Below are positions 41,601 through 56,600 of a DNA stretch of 64,000 nucleotides, piece after piece (within the stretch, counting starts at the first letter, position 1; each line of letters starts with the position of its first letter). The position numbers were made by a program, and so were the translations under genes. Source of the stretch: the human T2T-CHM13v2.0 reference genome, Homo sapiens; NCBI RefSeq assembly GCF_009914755.1, contig NC_060948.1. One strand, given 5' to 3'. The notes below the pieces were generated by a model that had not been told where the DNA came from, ran no database searches, and saw only the letters and a program-made list of their open reading frames with translations.

Positions 41601-44600
41601 ATGGAATTAAATGGAAATGAATCAAATTGAATAGCACGGAATTGAATTGAATGGAATGGAATGCAATGGAATCTAATGAAACGGAAAGGAAAGGAATGGA
41701 ATGGAATGGAATGGGCTGGAATGGAAAGGAATCGAAACGAATGGAATGGAATCGAAGTGAAGAGACTGGAATGGAATGCACTGGAATGGAAGGGAGTGTA
41801 ATGGAAGGTTCTCGAAAAAAATGGAATCGAATGGAATGGAATTGAATGGAACGGAATAGAGTCGAATGGAATTGAATGGAATGGAATGGACTAGAGTGAA
41901 ATGGAATCGAACCACAAGGAATGGACAGGAATAGAATGGTCTCGAATTGAATGGAATCGTATGGAATGGCATCAAACGGAATGGAATGGACAGCCACGGA
42001 ATGGAATGCACTCGAATGCAATGGAGTCGAAACTAACGGACTGGAATAGAATGGACTCGACTGGTACGGACTCCAATGGAATGGAATCGAATGGAAGGGA
42101 ATCGAACGGAAGGGAATCGAACGGAATGGACTCGAAGGGAAAAGACTGCAATGGAAAGGTCTCGAATGGAATGGAAATTAATGGAATGGAATGGAGTCGA
42201 ATGAAATGGAGTCAAAAGGAATGGAATCGAATGGCAAGAAATCGAATGTAATGGAATCGCAAGGAATTGATGTGAACGGAACGGAATGGAATGGAATCCA
42301 AAGGAATGGAATAGAATGGAATGGAATCGAATGGAAAGGACTCGAATGGAAATCACTCGAATAGAATGCAATTTAATAAAATAGGATCAAATGTAATGGA
42401 ATGGAATGGAAAGGAATCGAAACGAAAGGAATGGAGACAGATGGAATGGAATGGAACAGAGAGCAATGGTATAGAATGGAATGGAATCATCTGGAATGGA
42501 ATTGAATGGAATGGAATAATATGAAATGGAATGGAATGGAATGGAATGGAATGCCCTTGAATTAAATGGACTGGAATGGAATGGACTCAAACAGAGTGGA
42601 ATGGAAAGTGTGGAGATAGAATGGAATGAACTCCTTTGGAATGGTCTAGTAGGCAATGCAATCGACTGGCAGGGAATCAAAACGAATGTAATCAAATGGA
42701 TTGGACTGGAATGCAATGGACTCGAATAGATTGGAAACGGAATGCAAAGAATGGAATGGAATAGTATGGAATGGAATGGAAAGGAATGGAGTGGAACAGA
42801 CTAGAGTGGAATGGAATGGACTGCAAAGCAATGGACTGGAATGGAACTTTCTTGAATGGACTGGAATCAAACGGAATGGAATGCAATGCAATCAAATGGC
42901 ATGGAATAAAATAGAATGAAAGAGAATCAAATGGAATTGAATCGAATGGAATCGAATGGATTGGAAAGGAATAGAATGGAATGGAATGGAATTGACTCAA
43001 ATGGAATGGACTAGAATGGAATGGATTCGAATGGAAGGCAAAGGAATGGAATCTATTGGAATGGACTGTAATGGAATGGAATGGAAGGGATTGGAATGGA
43101 CTCGAATGGAATGGACTGCAATAGAAAGGATTCGAATGGAATGAAAAAGAATTGAATGGAATAGAACAGAATGGAATCAAATCGAATGAAATGGAATGGA
43201 ATAGAAAGGAATGGAATGAAATGGAATGGAAAGGATTCGAATGGAATGCAATCGAATGGAATGGAATCGAACGGAATGGAATAAAATGGAAGAAAACTGG
43301 CAAGAAATGGAATCGAAATGAATGGAGTGTTATGGAACGGACTCAAAAGGAATTGAATGTAATAGAATGGAGTGGAGTGGACTCGAATATAATGGACTGG
43401 AATGGAATGAAATCACATGGAATGGGAACGAATGGAATGGAATGGAAAGGAATGGAATCGAATGGAAAGGAATCGAATGGAAGGGAATGAAATTGAATCA
43501 ACAGGAATGGAAGGGAATAGAATAGACGGTAATGGAATGGACTCGAATAGAATGGACACGAATGCTCAAATTAAATGGACTCGAATGGAATGGAAACGAA
43601 AGGAATGTCATCGAATGGAATTGAATCGATTGGAATGAAATCGCATAGAATGGAGTGGAATCAAATGGAATTGAATCGAAAGGAAAGGAAGCGAATGGAC
43701 TGAAATGAAATGGAATGGAATTGAATGGAAAGTAATGCAATGGAATAGAATGGAACGAAATTTCACGGAATGGAATCAAACTGAATGGAATCAAATCAAT
43801 GGAATCAAATCAAATGGAATGGAAAGGAATTGAATGGAGTAGATGGGATTGGATGGGATTGGAATGAAATGTACTGGAAAGGACTCGAATTTCATGAAAC
43901 GGAATGGAATGAATTGGAACGGAATGGACTCGAATGGAATGGAATGTCATGGGATGGCATCAAATGGAATGGCATCAAATGGAATGGAATCGAATGCAAT
44001 GGAATGCTATGGAATGGAATGGAATGCATTGGAATGGAATGTCCTCTAATGGAATGGATTCGAGTGGAATGGAATTGAATATAATGGAGTCGAATGAAAT
44101 GGAATTGAAAGGAATGGGATCGAATACAATGGAATATACTGGAATGTAACGTAATGAACTCGAATGTAATTGACTGGAATGGAATGTACATGAATGGAAT
44201 GTAATCGAATGGAAAGTAATCCAATGGAATAGAATCTAATGCAATAAAATCGACTCAGATAGAGTAGAATGTAATGGAATGGAGTGCAGTGCAATGGAAT
44301 GGAATGGAATGGAATGCAATGGAATGGAATGGAATGGAATGGAATGGAATGGGATGGAATGGTATGGAATGGATAGTAATGGACTGGAGTGAAATGGACT
44401 GGAAAGGAATGGACTCAAATTGAAAGGGCTCGAAAGGAATGGAGTCAAATGGAATGGTCTGGAATGGAATGAACACGAATGTAATGCAACACAATAGAAT
44501 GGAATCGAATGGCATGGAATAGAAAGAAATGGAATCGAAGAGAATGGAAACAAATGGAATGGAATTGAATGGAATGGGAACGAATGGAGTGAAATTGTAT

Positions 44601-47600
44601 GCAGTAGAAGAGAATAGAATGGAATGCAAGCGAAAGGAAAGGAATGGATTGGAATGGAATGGAATTCATTGGAATGGAAGGGAATGTAGTGTAATGGACA
44701 GGCCTGGAATAAAGTGGAATGCTACGGTCTCGAATGGAATAAAAATGTATGGAATGGAATGCAATGAAACGGAATCGAATGTCATAGAATGTAATGGAAT
44801 GCAAAAAAATGGAATCCAAAATCATTGACTGGAAAGGCTGGGTGTCGAAAGGAATTGACTCCAATGGAATGGAATCGAATGGAATGGAAGTGAATAGAAT
44901 CGAACTAAATCGAATGGAATGGAATTGATAGGAACGGAATGGAAAGGAATGCAATGATTTGGCATGGAATGGAATCGAATGGCATCGAATGGAATGGAAT
45001 GGAATGCAATGGAATGGAATGTATTAGAATGTAATGAACTTTAATGGAATGTACTCGAATGGATTCGACTGGAATGGAATGTTCTGGAAGTGAATGGACT
45101 CCAATGGAATGGATTCAAAAGGAATGGAATCGTACGGAATGGAATCTAATGGAATGCAATTAAATGGAAATGAATCAAATTGAATAGCACGGAATTGAAT
45201 TGAATGGAATGGAATGCAATGGAATCTAATGAAACGGAAAGGAAAGGAATGGAATGGAATGGAATGGGCTGGAATGGAAAGGAATCGAAACGAATGGAAT
45301 GGAATCGAACTGAAGAGACTGGAATGGAATGCACTGGAATGGAAGGGAGTGTAATGGAAGGTTCTCGAAAAAAATGGAATCGAATGGAATGCAATTGAAT
45401 GGAACGGAATAGATTCGAATGGAATTGAATGGAATGGAATGGACTAGAGTGAAATGGAATCGAACCACAAGGAATGGACAGGAATAGAATGGTCTCGAAT
45501 TGAATGGAATCGTATGGAATGGCATCAAACGGAATGGAATGGACAGCCACGGAATGGAATGCACTCGAATGCAATGGAGTCGAAACTAACGGACTGGAAT
45601 AGAATGGACTCGACTGGTACGGACTCCAATGGAATGGAATCGAATGGAAGGGAATCGAACGGAAGGGAATCGAACGGAATGGACTCGAAGGGAAAAGACT
45701 GCAATGGAAAGGTCTCGAATGGAATGGAAATTAATGGAATGGAATGGAATCGAATGAAATGTAGTCAAAAGGAATGGAATCGAATGGCAAGAAATCGAAT
45801 GTAATGGAATCGCAAGGAATTGATGTGAACGGAACGGAATGGAATGTAATCCAAAGGAATGGAATAGAATGGAATGGAATCGAATGGAAAGGACTCGAAT
45901 GGAAATCACTCGAATAGAATGCAATTTAATAAAATAGGATCAAATGTAATGGAATGGAATGGAAAGGAATCGAAACGAAAGGAATGGAGACAGATGGAAT
46001 GGAATGGAACAGAGAGCAATGGTATAGAATGGAATGGAATCATCTGGAATGGAATTGAATGGAATGGAATGATATGAAATGGAATGGAATGGAATGGAAT
46101 GGAATGCCCTTGAATTAAATGGACTGGACTCGAACAGAGTGGAATGGAAAGTGTGGAGATAGAATGGAATGAACTCCTTTGGGATGGTCTAGTAGGCAAT
46201 GCAATCGACTGGCAGGGAATCAAAAGGAATGTAATCGAATGGATTGGACTGGAATGCAATGGACTCGAATAGATTGGAAACGGAATGCAAAGAATGGAAT
46301 GGAATAGTATGGAATGGAATGGAAAGGAATGGAGTGGAATAGACTAGAGTGGAATGGAATGGACTGGAAAGCAATGGACTGGAATGGAACTTTGTTGAAT
46401 GGACTGGAATCAAACGGAATGGAATGCAATGCAATCAAATGGCATGGAATAAAGTAGAATGAAAGAGAATCAAATGGAATTGAATCGAATGGAATCGAAT
46501 GGATTGGAAAGGAATAGAATGGAATGGAATGGAATTGACTCAAATGGAATGGACTAGAATGGAATGGATTCGAATGGAAGGCAAAGGAATGGAATCTATT
46601 GGTATGGACTGTAATGGAATGGAATGGAAGGGATTGGAATGGACTCGAATGGAATGGACTGCAATAGAAAGGATTCGAATGGAATGAAAAAGAATTGAAT
46701 GGAATAGAACAGAATGGAATCAAATCGAATGAAATGGAATGGAATAGAAAGGAATGGAATGAAATGGAATGGAAAGGATTCGAATGGAATGCAATCGAAT
46801 GGAATGGAATCGAACGGAATGGAATAAAATGGAAGAAAACTGGCAAGAAATGGAATCGAAATGAATGGAGTGTTATGGAACGGACTCAAAAGGAATTGAA
46901 TGTAATAGATTGGAGTGGAGTGGACTCGAATATAATGGACTGGAATGGAATGAAATCACATGGAATGGGAACGAATGGAATGGAATGGAAAGGAATGGAA
47001 TCGAATGGAAAGGAATCGAATGGAAGGGAATGAAATTGAATCAACAGGAATGGAAGGGAATAGAATAGACGGTAATGGAATGGACTCGAATAGAATGGAC
47101 ACGAATGCTCAAATTGAATGGACTCGAATGGAATGGAAACGAAAGGAATGTCATCGAATGGAATTGAATGGATTGGAATGAAATCGCATAGAATGGAGTG
47201 GAATCAAATGGAATTGAATCGAAAGGAAAGGAAGCGAATGGACTGAAATGAAATGGAATGGAATTGAATGGAAAGTAATGCAATGGAATAGAATGGAACG
47301 AAATTTCACGGAATGGAATCAAACTGAATGGAATCAAATCAATGGAATCAAATCAAATGGAATGGAAAGGAATTGAATGGAGTAGATGGGATTGGATGGG
47401 ATTGGAATGAAGTGTACTGGAAAGGACTCGAATTTCATGAAACGGAATGGAATGAATTGGAACGGAATGGACTCGAATGGAATGGAATGTCATGGGATGG
47501 CATCAAATGGAATGGCATCAAATGGAATGGAATCGAATGCAATGGAATGCTATGGAATGGAATGGAATGCATTGGAATGGAATGTCCTCTAATGGAATGG

Positions 47601-50600
47601 ATTCGAGTGGAATGGAATTGAATATAATGGAGTCGAATGAAATGGAATTGAAAGGAATGGGATCGAATACAATGGAATATACTGGAATGTAACGTAATGA
47701 ACTCGAATGTAATTGACTGGAATGGAATGTACATGAATGGAATGTAATCGAATGGAAAGTAATCCAATGGAATAGAATCTAATGCAATAAAATCGACTCA
47801 GATAGAGTAGAATGTAATGGAATGGAGTGCAGTGCAATGGAATGGAATGGAATGGAATGCAATGGAATGGAATGGAATGGAATGGAATGGAATGGAATGG
47901 AATGGAATGGGATGGAATGGTATGGAATGGGTAGTAATGGACTGGAGTGAAATGGACTGGAAAGGAATGGACTCAAATTGAAAGGGCTCGAAAGGAATGG
48001 AGTCAAATGGAATGGTCTGGAATGGAATGAACACGAATGTAATGCAACCCAATAGAATGGAATCGAATGGCATGGAATAGAAAGAAATGGAATCGAAGAG
48101 AATGGAAACAAATGGAATGGAATTGAATGGAATGGGAACGAATGGAGTGAAATTGTATGCAGTAGAAGAGAATAGAATGGAATGCAAGCGAAAGGAAAGG
48201 AATGGATTGGAATGGAATGGAATTCATTGGAATGGAAGGGAATGTAGTGTAATGGACAGGCCTGGAATAAAGTGGAATGCTACGGTCTCGAATGGAATAA
48301 AAATGTATGGAATGGAATGCAATGAAACGGAATCGAATGTCATAGAATGTAATGGAATGCAAAAAAATGGAATCCAAAATCATTGACTGGAAAGGCTGGG
48401 TGTCGAAAGGAATTGACTCCAATGGAATGGAATCGAATGGAATGGAAGTGAATAGAATCGAACTAAATCGAATGGAATGGAATTGATAGGAACGGAATGG
48501 AAAGGAATGCAATGATTTGGCATGGAATGGAATCGAATGGCATCGAATGGAATGGAATGGAATGCAATGGAATGGAATGTATTAGAATGTAATGAACTTT
48601 AATGGAATGTACTCGAATGGATTCGACTGGAATGGAATGTTCTGGAAGTGAATGGACTCCAATGGAATGGATTCAAAAGGAATGGAATCGTACGGAATGG
48701 AATCTAATGGAATGCAATTAAATGGAAATGAATCAAATTGAATAGCACGGAATTGAATTGAATGGAATGGAATGCAATGGAATCTAATGAAACGGAAAGG
48801 AAAGGAATGGAATGGAATGGAATGGGCTGGAATGGAAAGGAATCGAAACGAATGGAATGGAATCGAACTGAAGAGACTGGAATGGAATGCACTGGAATGG
48901 AAGGGAGTGTAATGGAAGGTTCTCGAAAAAAATGGAATCGAATGGAATGGAATTGAATGGAACGGAATAGAGTCGAATGGAATTGAATGGAATGGAATGG
49001 ACTAGAGTGAAATGGAATCGAACCACAAGGAATGGACAGGAATAGAATGGTCTCGAATTGAATGGAATCGTATGGAATGGCATCAAACGGAATGGAATGG
49101 ACAGCCACGGAATGGAATGCACTCGAATGCAATGGAGTCGAAACTAACGGACTGGAATAGAATGGACTCGACTGGTACGGACTCCAATGGAATGGAATCG
49201 AATGGAAGGGAATCGAACGGAAGGGAATCGAACGGAATGGACTCGAAGGGAAAAGACTGCAATGGAAAGGTCTCGAATGGAATGGAAATTAATGGAATGG
49301 AATGGAGTCGAATGAAATGGAGTCAAAAGGAATGGAATCGAATGGCAAGAAATCGAATGTAATGGAATCGCAAGGAATTGATGTGAACGGAACGGAATGG
49401 AATGGAATCCAAAGGAATGGAATAGAATGGAATGGAATCGAATGGAAAGGACTCGAATGGAAATCACTCGAATAGAATGCAATTTAATAAAATAGGATCA
49501 AATGTAATGGAATGGAATGGAAAGGAATCGAAACGAAAGGAATGGAGACAGATGGAATGGAATGGAACAGAGAGCAATGGTATAGAATGGAATGGAATCA
49601 TCTGGAATGGAATTGAATGGAATGGAATAATATGAAATGGAATGGAATGGAATGGAATGGAATGCCCTTGAATTAAATGGACTGGAATGGAATGGACTCA
49701 AACAGAGTGGAATGGAAAGTGTGGAGATAGAATGGAATGAACTCCTTTGGAATGGTCTAGTAGGCAATGCAATCGACTGGCAGGGAATCAAAACGAATGT
49801 AATCGAATGGATTGGACTGGAATGCAATGGACTCGAATAGATTGGAAACGGAATGCAAAGAATGGAATGGAATAGTATGGAATGGAATGGAAAGGAATGG
49901 AGTGGAACAGACTAAAGTGGAATGGAATGGACTGGAAAGCAATGGACTGGAATGGAACTTTCTTGAATGGACTGGAATCAAACGGAATGGAATGCAATGC
50001 AATCAAATGGCATGGAATAAAATAGAATGAAAGAGAATCAAATGGAATTGAATCGAATGGAATCGAATGGATTGGAAAGGAATAGAATGGAATGGAATGG
50101 AATTGACTCAAATGGAATGGACTAGAATGGAATGGATTCGAATGGAAGGCAAAGGAATGGAATCTATTGGAATGGACTGTAATGGAATGGAATGGAAGGG
50201 ATTGGAATGGACTCGAATGGAATGGACTGCAATAGAAAGGATTCGAATGGAATGAAAAAGAATTGAATGGAATAGAACAGAATGGAATCAAATCGAATGA
50301 AATGGAATGGAATAGAAAGGAATGGAATGAAATGGAATGGAAAGGATTCGAATGGAATGCAATCGAATGGAATGGAATCGAACGGAATGGAATAAAATGG
50401 AAGAAAACTGGCAAGAAATGGAATCGAAATGAATGGAGTGTTATGGAACGGACTCAAATGGAATTGAATGTAATAGAATGGAGTGGAGTGGACTCGAATA
50501 TAATGGACTGGAATGGAATGAAATCACATGGAATGGGAACGAATGGAATGGAATGGAAAGGAATGGAATCGAATGGAAAGGAATCGAATGGAAGGGAATG

Positions 50601-53600
50601 AAATTGAATCAACAGGAATGGAAGGGAATAGAATAGACGGTAATGGAATGGAGTCGAATAGAATGGACACGAATGCTCAAATTAAATGAACTCGAATGGA
50701 ATGGAAACGAAAGGAATGTCATCGAATGGAATTGAATCGATTGGAATGAAATCGCATAGAATGGAGTGGAATCAAATGGAATTGAATCGAAAGGAAAGGA
50801 AGCGAATGGACTGAAATGAAATGGAATGGAATTGAATGGAAAGTAATGCAATGGAATAGAATGGAACGAAATTTCACGGAATGGAATCAAACTGAATGGA
50901 ATCAAATCAATGGAATCAAATCAAATGGAATGGAAAGGAATTGAATGGAGTAGATGGGATTGGATGGGATTGGAATGAAATGTACTGGAAAGGACTCGAA
51001 TTTCATGAAACGGAATGGAATGAATTGGAACGGAATGGACTCGAATGGAATGGAATGTCATGGGATGGCATCAAATGGAATGGCATCAAATGGAATGGAA
51101 TCGAATGCAATGGAATGCGATGGAATGGAATGGAATGCATTGGAATGGAATGTCCTCTAATGGAATGGATTCGAGTGGAATGGAATTGAATATAATGGAG
51201 TCGAATGAAATGGAATTGAAAGGAATGGGATCGAATACAATGGAATATACTGGAATGTAACGTAATGAACTCGAATGTAATTGACTGGAATGGAATGTAC
51301 ATGAATGGAATGTAATCGAATGGAAAGTAATCCAATGGAATAGAATCTAATGCAATAAAATCGACTCAGATAGAGTAAAATGTAATGGAATGGAGTGCAG
51401 TGCAATGGAATGGAACGGAATGGAATGCAATGGAATGGAATGGAATGGAATGGAATGGAATGGAATGGAATGGAATGGGATGGAATGGTATGGAATGGAT
51501 AGTAATGGACTGGAGTGAAATGGACTGGAAAGGAATGGACTCAAATTGAAAGGGCTCGAAAGGAATGGAGTCAAATGGAATGGTCTGGAATGGAATGAAC
51601 ACGAATGTAATGCAACCCAATAGAATGGAATCGAATGGCATGGAATAGAAAGAAATGGAATCGAAGAGAATGGAAACAAATGGAATGGAATTGAATGGAA
51701 TGGGAACGAATGGAGTGAAATTGTATGCAGTAGAAGAGAATAGAATGGAATGCAAGCGAAAGGAAAGGAATGGATTGGAATGGAATGGAATTCATTGGAA
51801 TGGAAGGGAATGTAGTGTAATGGACAGGCCTGGAATAAAGTGGAATGCTACGGTCTCGAATGGAATAAAAATGTATGGAATGGAATGCAATGAAACGGAA
51901 TCGAATGTCATAGAATGTAATGGAATGCAAAAAAATGGAATCCAAAATCATTGACTGGAAAGGGTGGGTGTCGAAAGGAATTGACTCCAATGGAATGGAA
52001 TCGAATGGAATGGAAGTGAATAGAATCGAACTAAATCGAATGGAATGGAATTGATAGGAACGGAATGGAAAGGAATGCAATGATTTGGCATGGAATGGAA
52101 TCGAATGGCATCGAATGGAATGGAATGGAATGCAATGGAATGGAATGTATTAGAATGTAATGAACTTTAATGGAATGTACTCGAATGGATTCGACTGGAA
52201 TGGAATGTTCTGGAAGTGAATGGACTCCAATGGAATGGATTCAAAAGGAATGGAATCGTACGGAATGGAATCTAATGGAATGGAATTAAATGGAAATGAA
52301 TCAAATTGAATAGCACGGAATTGAATTGAATGGAATGGAATGCAATGGAATCTAATGAAACGGAAAGGAAAGGAATGGAATGGAATGGAATGGGCTGGAA
52401 TGGAAAGGAATCGAAACGAATGGAATGGAATCGAAGTGAAGAGACTGGAATGGAATGCACTGGAATGGAAGGGAGTGTAATGGAAGGTTCTCGAAAAAAA
52501 TGGAATCGAATGGAATGGAATTGAATGGAACGGAATAGAGTCGAATGGAATTGAATGGAATGGAATGGACTAGAGTGAAATGGAATCGAACCACAAGGAA
52601 TGGACAGGAATAGAATGGTCTCGAATTGAATGGAATCGTATGGAATGGCATCAAACGGAATGGAATGGACAGCCACGGAATGGAATGCACTCGAATGCAA
52701 TGGAGTCGAAACTAACGGACTGGAATAGAATGGACTCGACTGGTACGGACTCCAATGGAATGGAATCGAATGGAAGGGAATCGAACGGAAGGGAATCGAA
52801 CGGAATGGACTCGAAGGGAAAAGACTGCAATGGAAAGGTCTCGAATGGAATGGAAATTAATGGAATGGAATGGAGTCGAATGAAATGGAGTCAAAAGGAA
52901 TGGAATCGAATGGCAAGAAATCGAATGTAATGGAATCGCAAGGAATTGATGTGAACGGAACGGAATGGAATGGAATCCAAAGGAATGGAATAGAATGGAA
53001 TGGAATCGAATGGAAAGGACTCGAATGGAAATCACTCGAATAGAATGCAATTTAATAAAATAGGATCAAATGTAATGGAATGGAATGGAAAGGAATCGAA
53101 ACGAAAGGAATGGAGACAGATGGAATGGAATGGAACAGAGAGCAATGGTATAGAATGGAATGGAATCATCTGGAATGGAATTGAATGGAATGGAATAATA
53201 TGAAATGGAATGGAATGGAATGGAATGGAATGCCCTTGAATTAAATGGACTGGAATGGAATGGACTCAAACAGAGTGGAATGGAAAGTGTGGAGATAGAA
53301 TGGAATGAACTCCTTTGGAATGGTCTAGTAGGCAATGCAATCGACTGGCAGGGAATCAAAACGAATGTAATCAAATGGATTGGACTGGAATGCAATGGAC
53401 TCGAATAGATTGGAAACGGAATGCAAAGAATGGAATGGAATAGTATGGAATGGAATGGAAAGGAATGGAGTGGAACAGACTAGAGTGGAATGGAATGGAC
53501 TGCAAAGCAATGGACTGGAATGGAACTTTCTTGAATGGACTGGAATCAAACGGAATGGAATGCAATGCAATCAAATGGCATGGAATAAAATAGAATGAAA

Positions 53601-56600
53601 GAGAATCAAATGGAATTGAATCGAATGGAATCGAATGGATTGGAAAGGAATAGAATGGAATGGAATGGAATTGACTCAAATGGAATGGACTAGAATGGAA
53701 TGGATTCGAATGGAAGGCAAAGGAATGGAATCTATTGGAATGGACTGTAATGGAATGGAATGGAAGGGATTGGAATGGACTCGAATGGAATGGACTGCAA
53801 TAGAAAGGATTCGAATGGAATGAAAAAGAATTGAATGGAATAGAACAGAATGGAATCAAATCGAATGAAATGGAATGGAATAGAAAGGAATGGAATGAAA
53901 TGGAATGGAAAGGATTCGAATGGAATGCAATCGAATGGAATGGAATCGAACGGAATGGAATAAAATGGAAGAAAACTGGCAAGAAATGGAATCGAAATGA
54001 ATGGAGTGTTATGGAACGGACTCAAAAGGAATTGAATGTAATAGAATGGAGTGGAGTGGACTCGAATATAATGGACTGGAATGGAATGAAATCACATGGA
54101 ATGGGAACGAATGGAATGGAATGGAAAGGAATGGAATCGAATGGAAAGGAATCGAATGGAAGGGAATGAAATTGAATCAACAGGAATGGAAGGGAATAGA
54201 ATAGACGGTAATGGAATGGACTCGAATAGAATGGACACGAATGCTCAAATTAAATGGACTCGAATGGAATGGAAACGAAAGGAATGTCATCGAATGGAAT
54301 TGAATCGATTGGAATGAAATCGCATAGAATGGAGTGGAATCAAATGGAATTGAATCGAAAGGAAAGGAAGCGAATGGACTGAAATGAAATGGAATGGAAT
54401 TGAATGGAAAGTAATGCAATGGAATAGAATGGAACGAAATTTCACGGAATGGAATCAAACTGAATGGAATCAAATCAATGGAATCAAATCAAATGGAATG
54501 GAAAGGAATTGAATGGAGTAGATGGGATTGGATGGGATTGGAATGAAATGTACTGGAAAGGACTCGAATTTCATGAAACGGAATGGAATGAATTGGAACG
54601 GAATGGACTCGAATGGAATGGAATGTCATGGGATGGCATCAAATGGAATGGCATCAAATGGAATGGAATCGAATGCAATGGAATGCTATGGAATGGAATG
54701 GAATGCATTGGAATGGAATGTCCTCTAATGGAATGGATTCGAGTGGAATGGAATTGAATATAATGGAGTCGAATGAAATGGAATTGAAAGGAATGGGATC
54801 GAATACAATGGAATATACTGGAATGTAACGTAATGAACTCGAATGTAATTGACTGGAATGGAATGTACATGAATGGAATGTAATCGAATGGAAAGTAATC
54901 CAATGGAATAGAATCTAATGCAATAAAATCGACTCAGATAGAGTAGAATGTAATGGAATGGAGTGCAGTGCAATGGAATGGAATGGAATGGAATGCAATG
55001 GAATGGAATGGAATGGAATGGAATGGAATGGGATGGAATGGTATGGAATGGATAGTAATGGACTGGAGTGAAATGGACTGGAAAGGAATGGACTCAAATT
55101 GAAAGGGCTCGAAAGGAATGGAGTCAAATGGAATGGTCTGGAATGGAATGAACACGAATGTAATGCAACCCAATAGAATGGAATCGAATGGCATGGAATA
55201 TAAAGAAATGGAATCGAAGAGAATGGAAACAAATGGAATGGAATTGAATGGAATGGGAACGAATGGAGTGAAATTGTATGCAGTAGAAGAGAATAGAATG
55301 GAATGCAAGCGAAAGGAAAGGAATGGATTGGAATGGAATGGAATTCATTGGAATGGAAGGGAATGTAGTGTAATGGACAGGCCTGGAATAAAGTGGAATG
55401 CTACGGTCTCGAATGGAATAAAAATGTATGGAATGGAATGCAATGAAACGGAATCGAATGTCATAGAATGTAATGGAATGCAAAAAAATGGAATCCAAAA
55501 TCATTGACTGGAAAGGCTGGGTGTCGAAAGGAATTGACTCCAATGGAATGGAATCGAATGGAATGGAAGTGAATAGAATCGAACTAAATCGAATGGAATG
55601 GAATTGATAGGAACGGAATGGAAAGGAATGCAATGATTTGGCATGGAATGGAATCGAATGGCATCGAATGGAATGGAATGGAATGCAATGGAATGGAATG
55701 TATTAGAATGTAATGAACTTTAATGGAATGTACTCGAATGGATTCGACTGGAATGGAATGTTCTGGAAGTGAATGGACTCCAATGGAATGGATTCAAAAG
55801 GAATGGAATCGTACGGAATGGAATCTAATGGAATGCAATTAAATGGAAATGAATCAAATTGAATAGCACGGAATTGAATTGAATGGAATGGAATGCAATG
55901 GAATCTAATGAAACGGAAAGGAAAGGAATGGAATGGAATGGAATGGGCTGGAATGGAAAGGAATCGAAACGAATGGAATGGAATCGAACTGAAGAGACTG
56001 GAATGGAATGCACTGGAATGGAAGGGAGTGTAATGGAAGGTTCTCGAAAAAAATGGAATCGAATGGAATGCAATTGAATGGAACGGAATAGATTCGAATG
56101 GAATTGAATGGAATGGAATGGACTAGAGTGAAATGGAATCGAACCACAAGGAATGGACAGGAATAGAATGGTCTCGAATTGAATGGAATCGTATGGAATG
56201 GCATCAAACGGAATGGAATGGACAGCCACGGAATGGAATGCACTCGAATGCAATGGAGTCGAAACTAACGGACTGGAATAGAATGGACTCGACTGGTACG
56301 GACTCCAATGGAATGGAATCGAATGGAAGGGAATCGAACGGAAGGGAATCGAACGGAATGGACTCGAAGGGAAAAGACTGCAATGGAAAGGTCTCGAATG
56401 GAATGGAAATTAATGGAATGGAATGGAATCGAATGAAATGTAGTCAAAAGGAATGGAATCGAATGGCAAGAAATCGAATGTAATGGAATCGCAAGGAATT
56501 GATGTGAACGGAACGGAATGGAATGGAATCCAAAGGAATGGAATAGAATGGAATGGAATCGAATGGAAAGGACTCGAATGGAAATCACTCGAATAGAATG

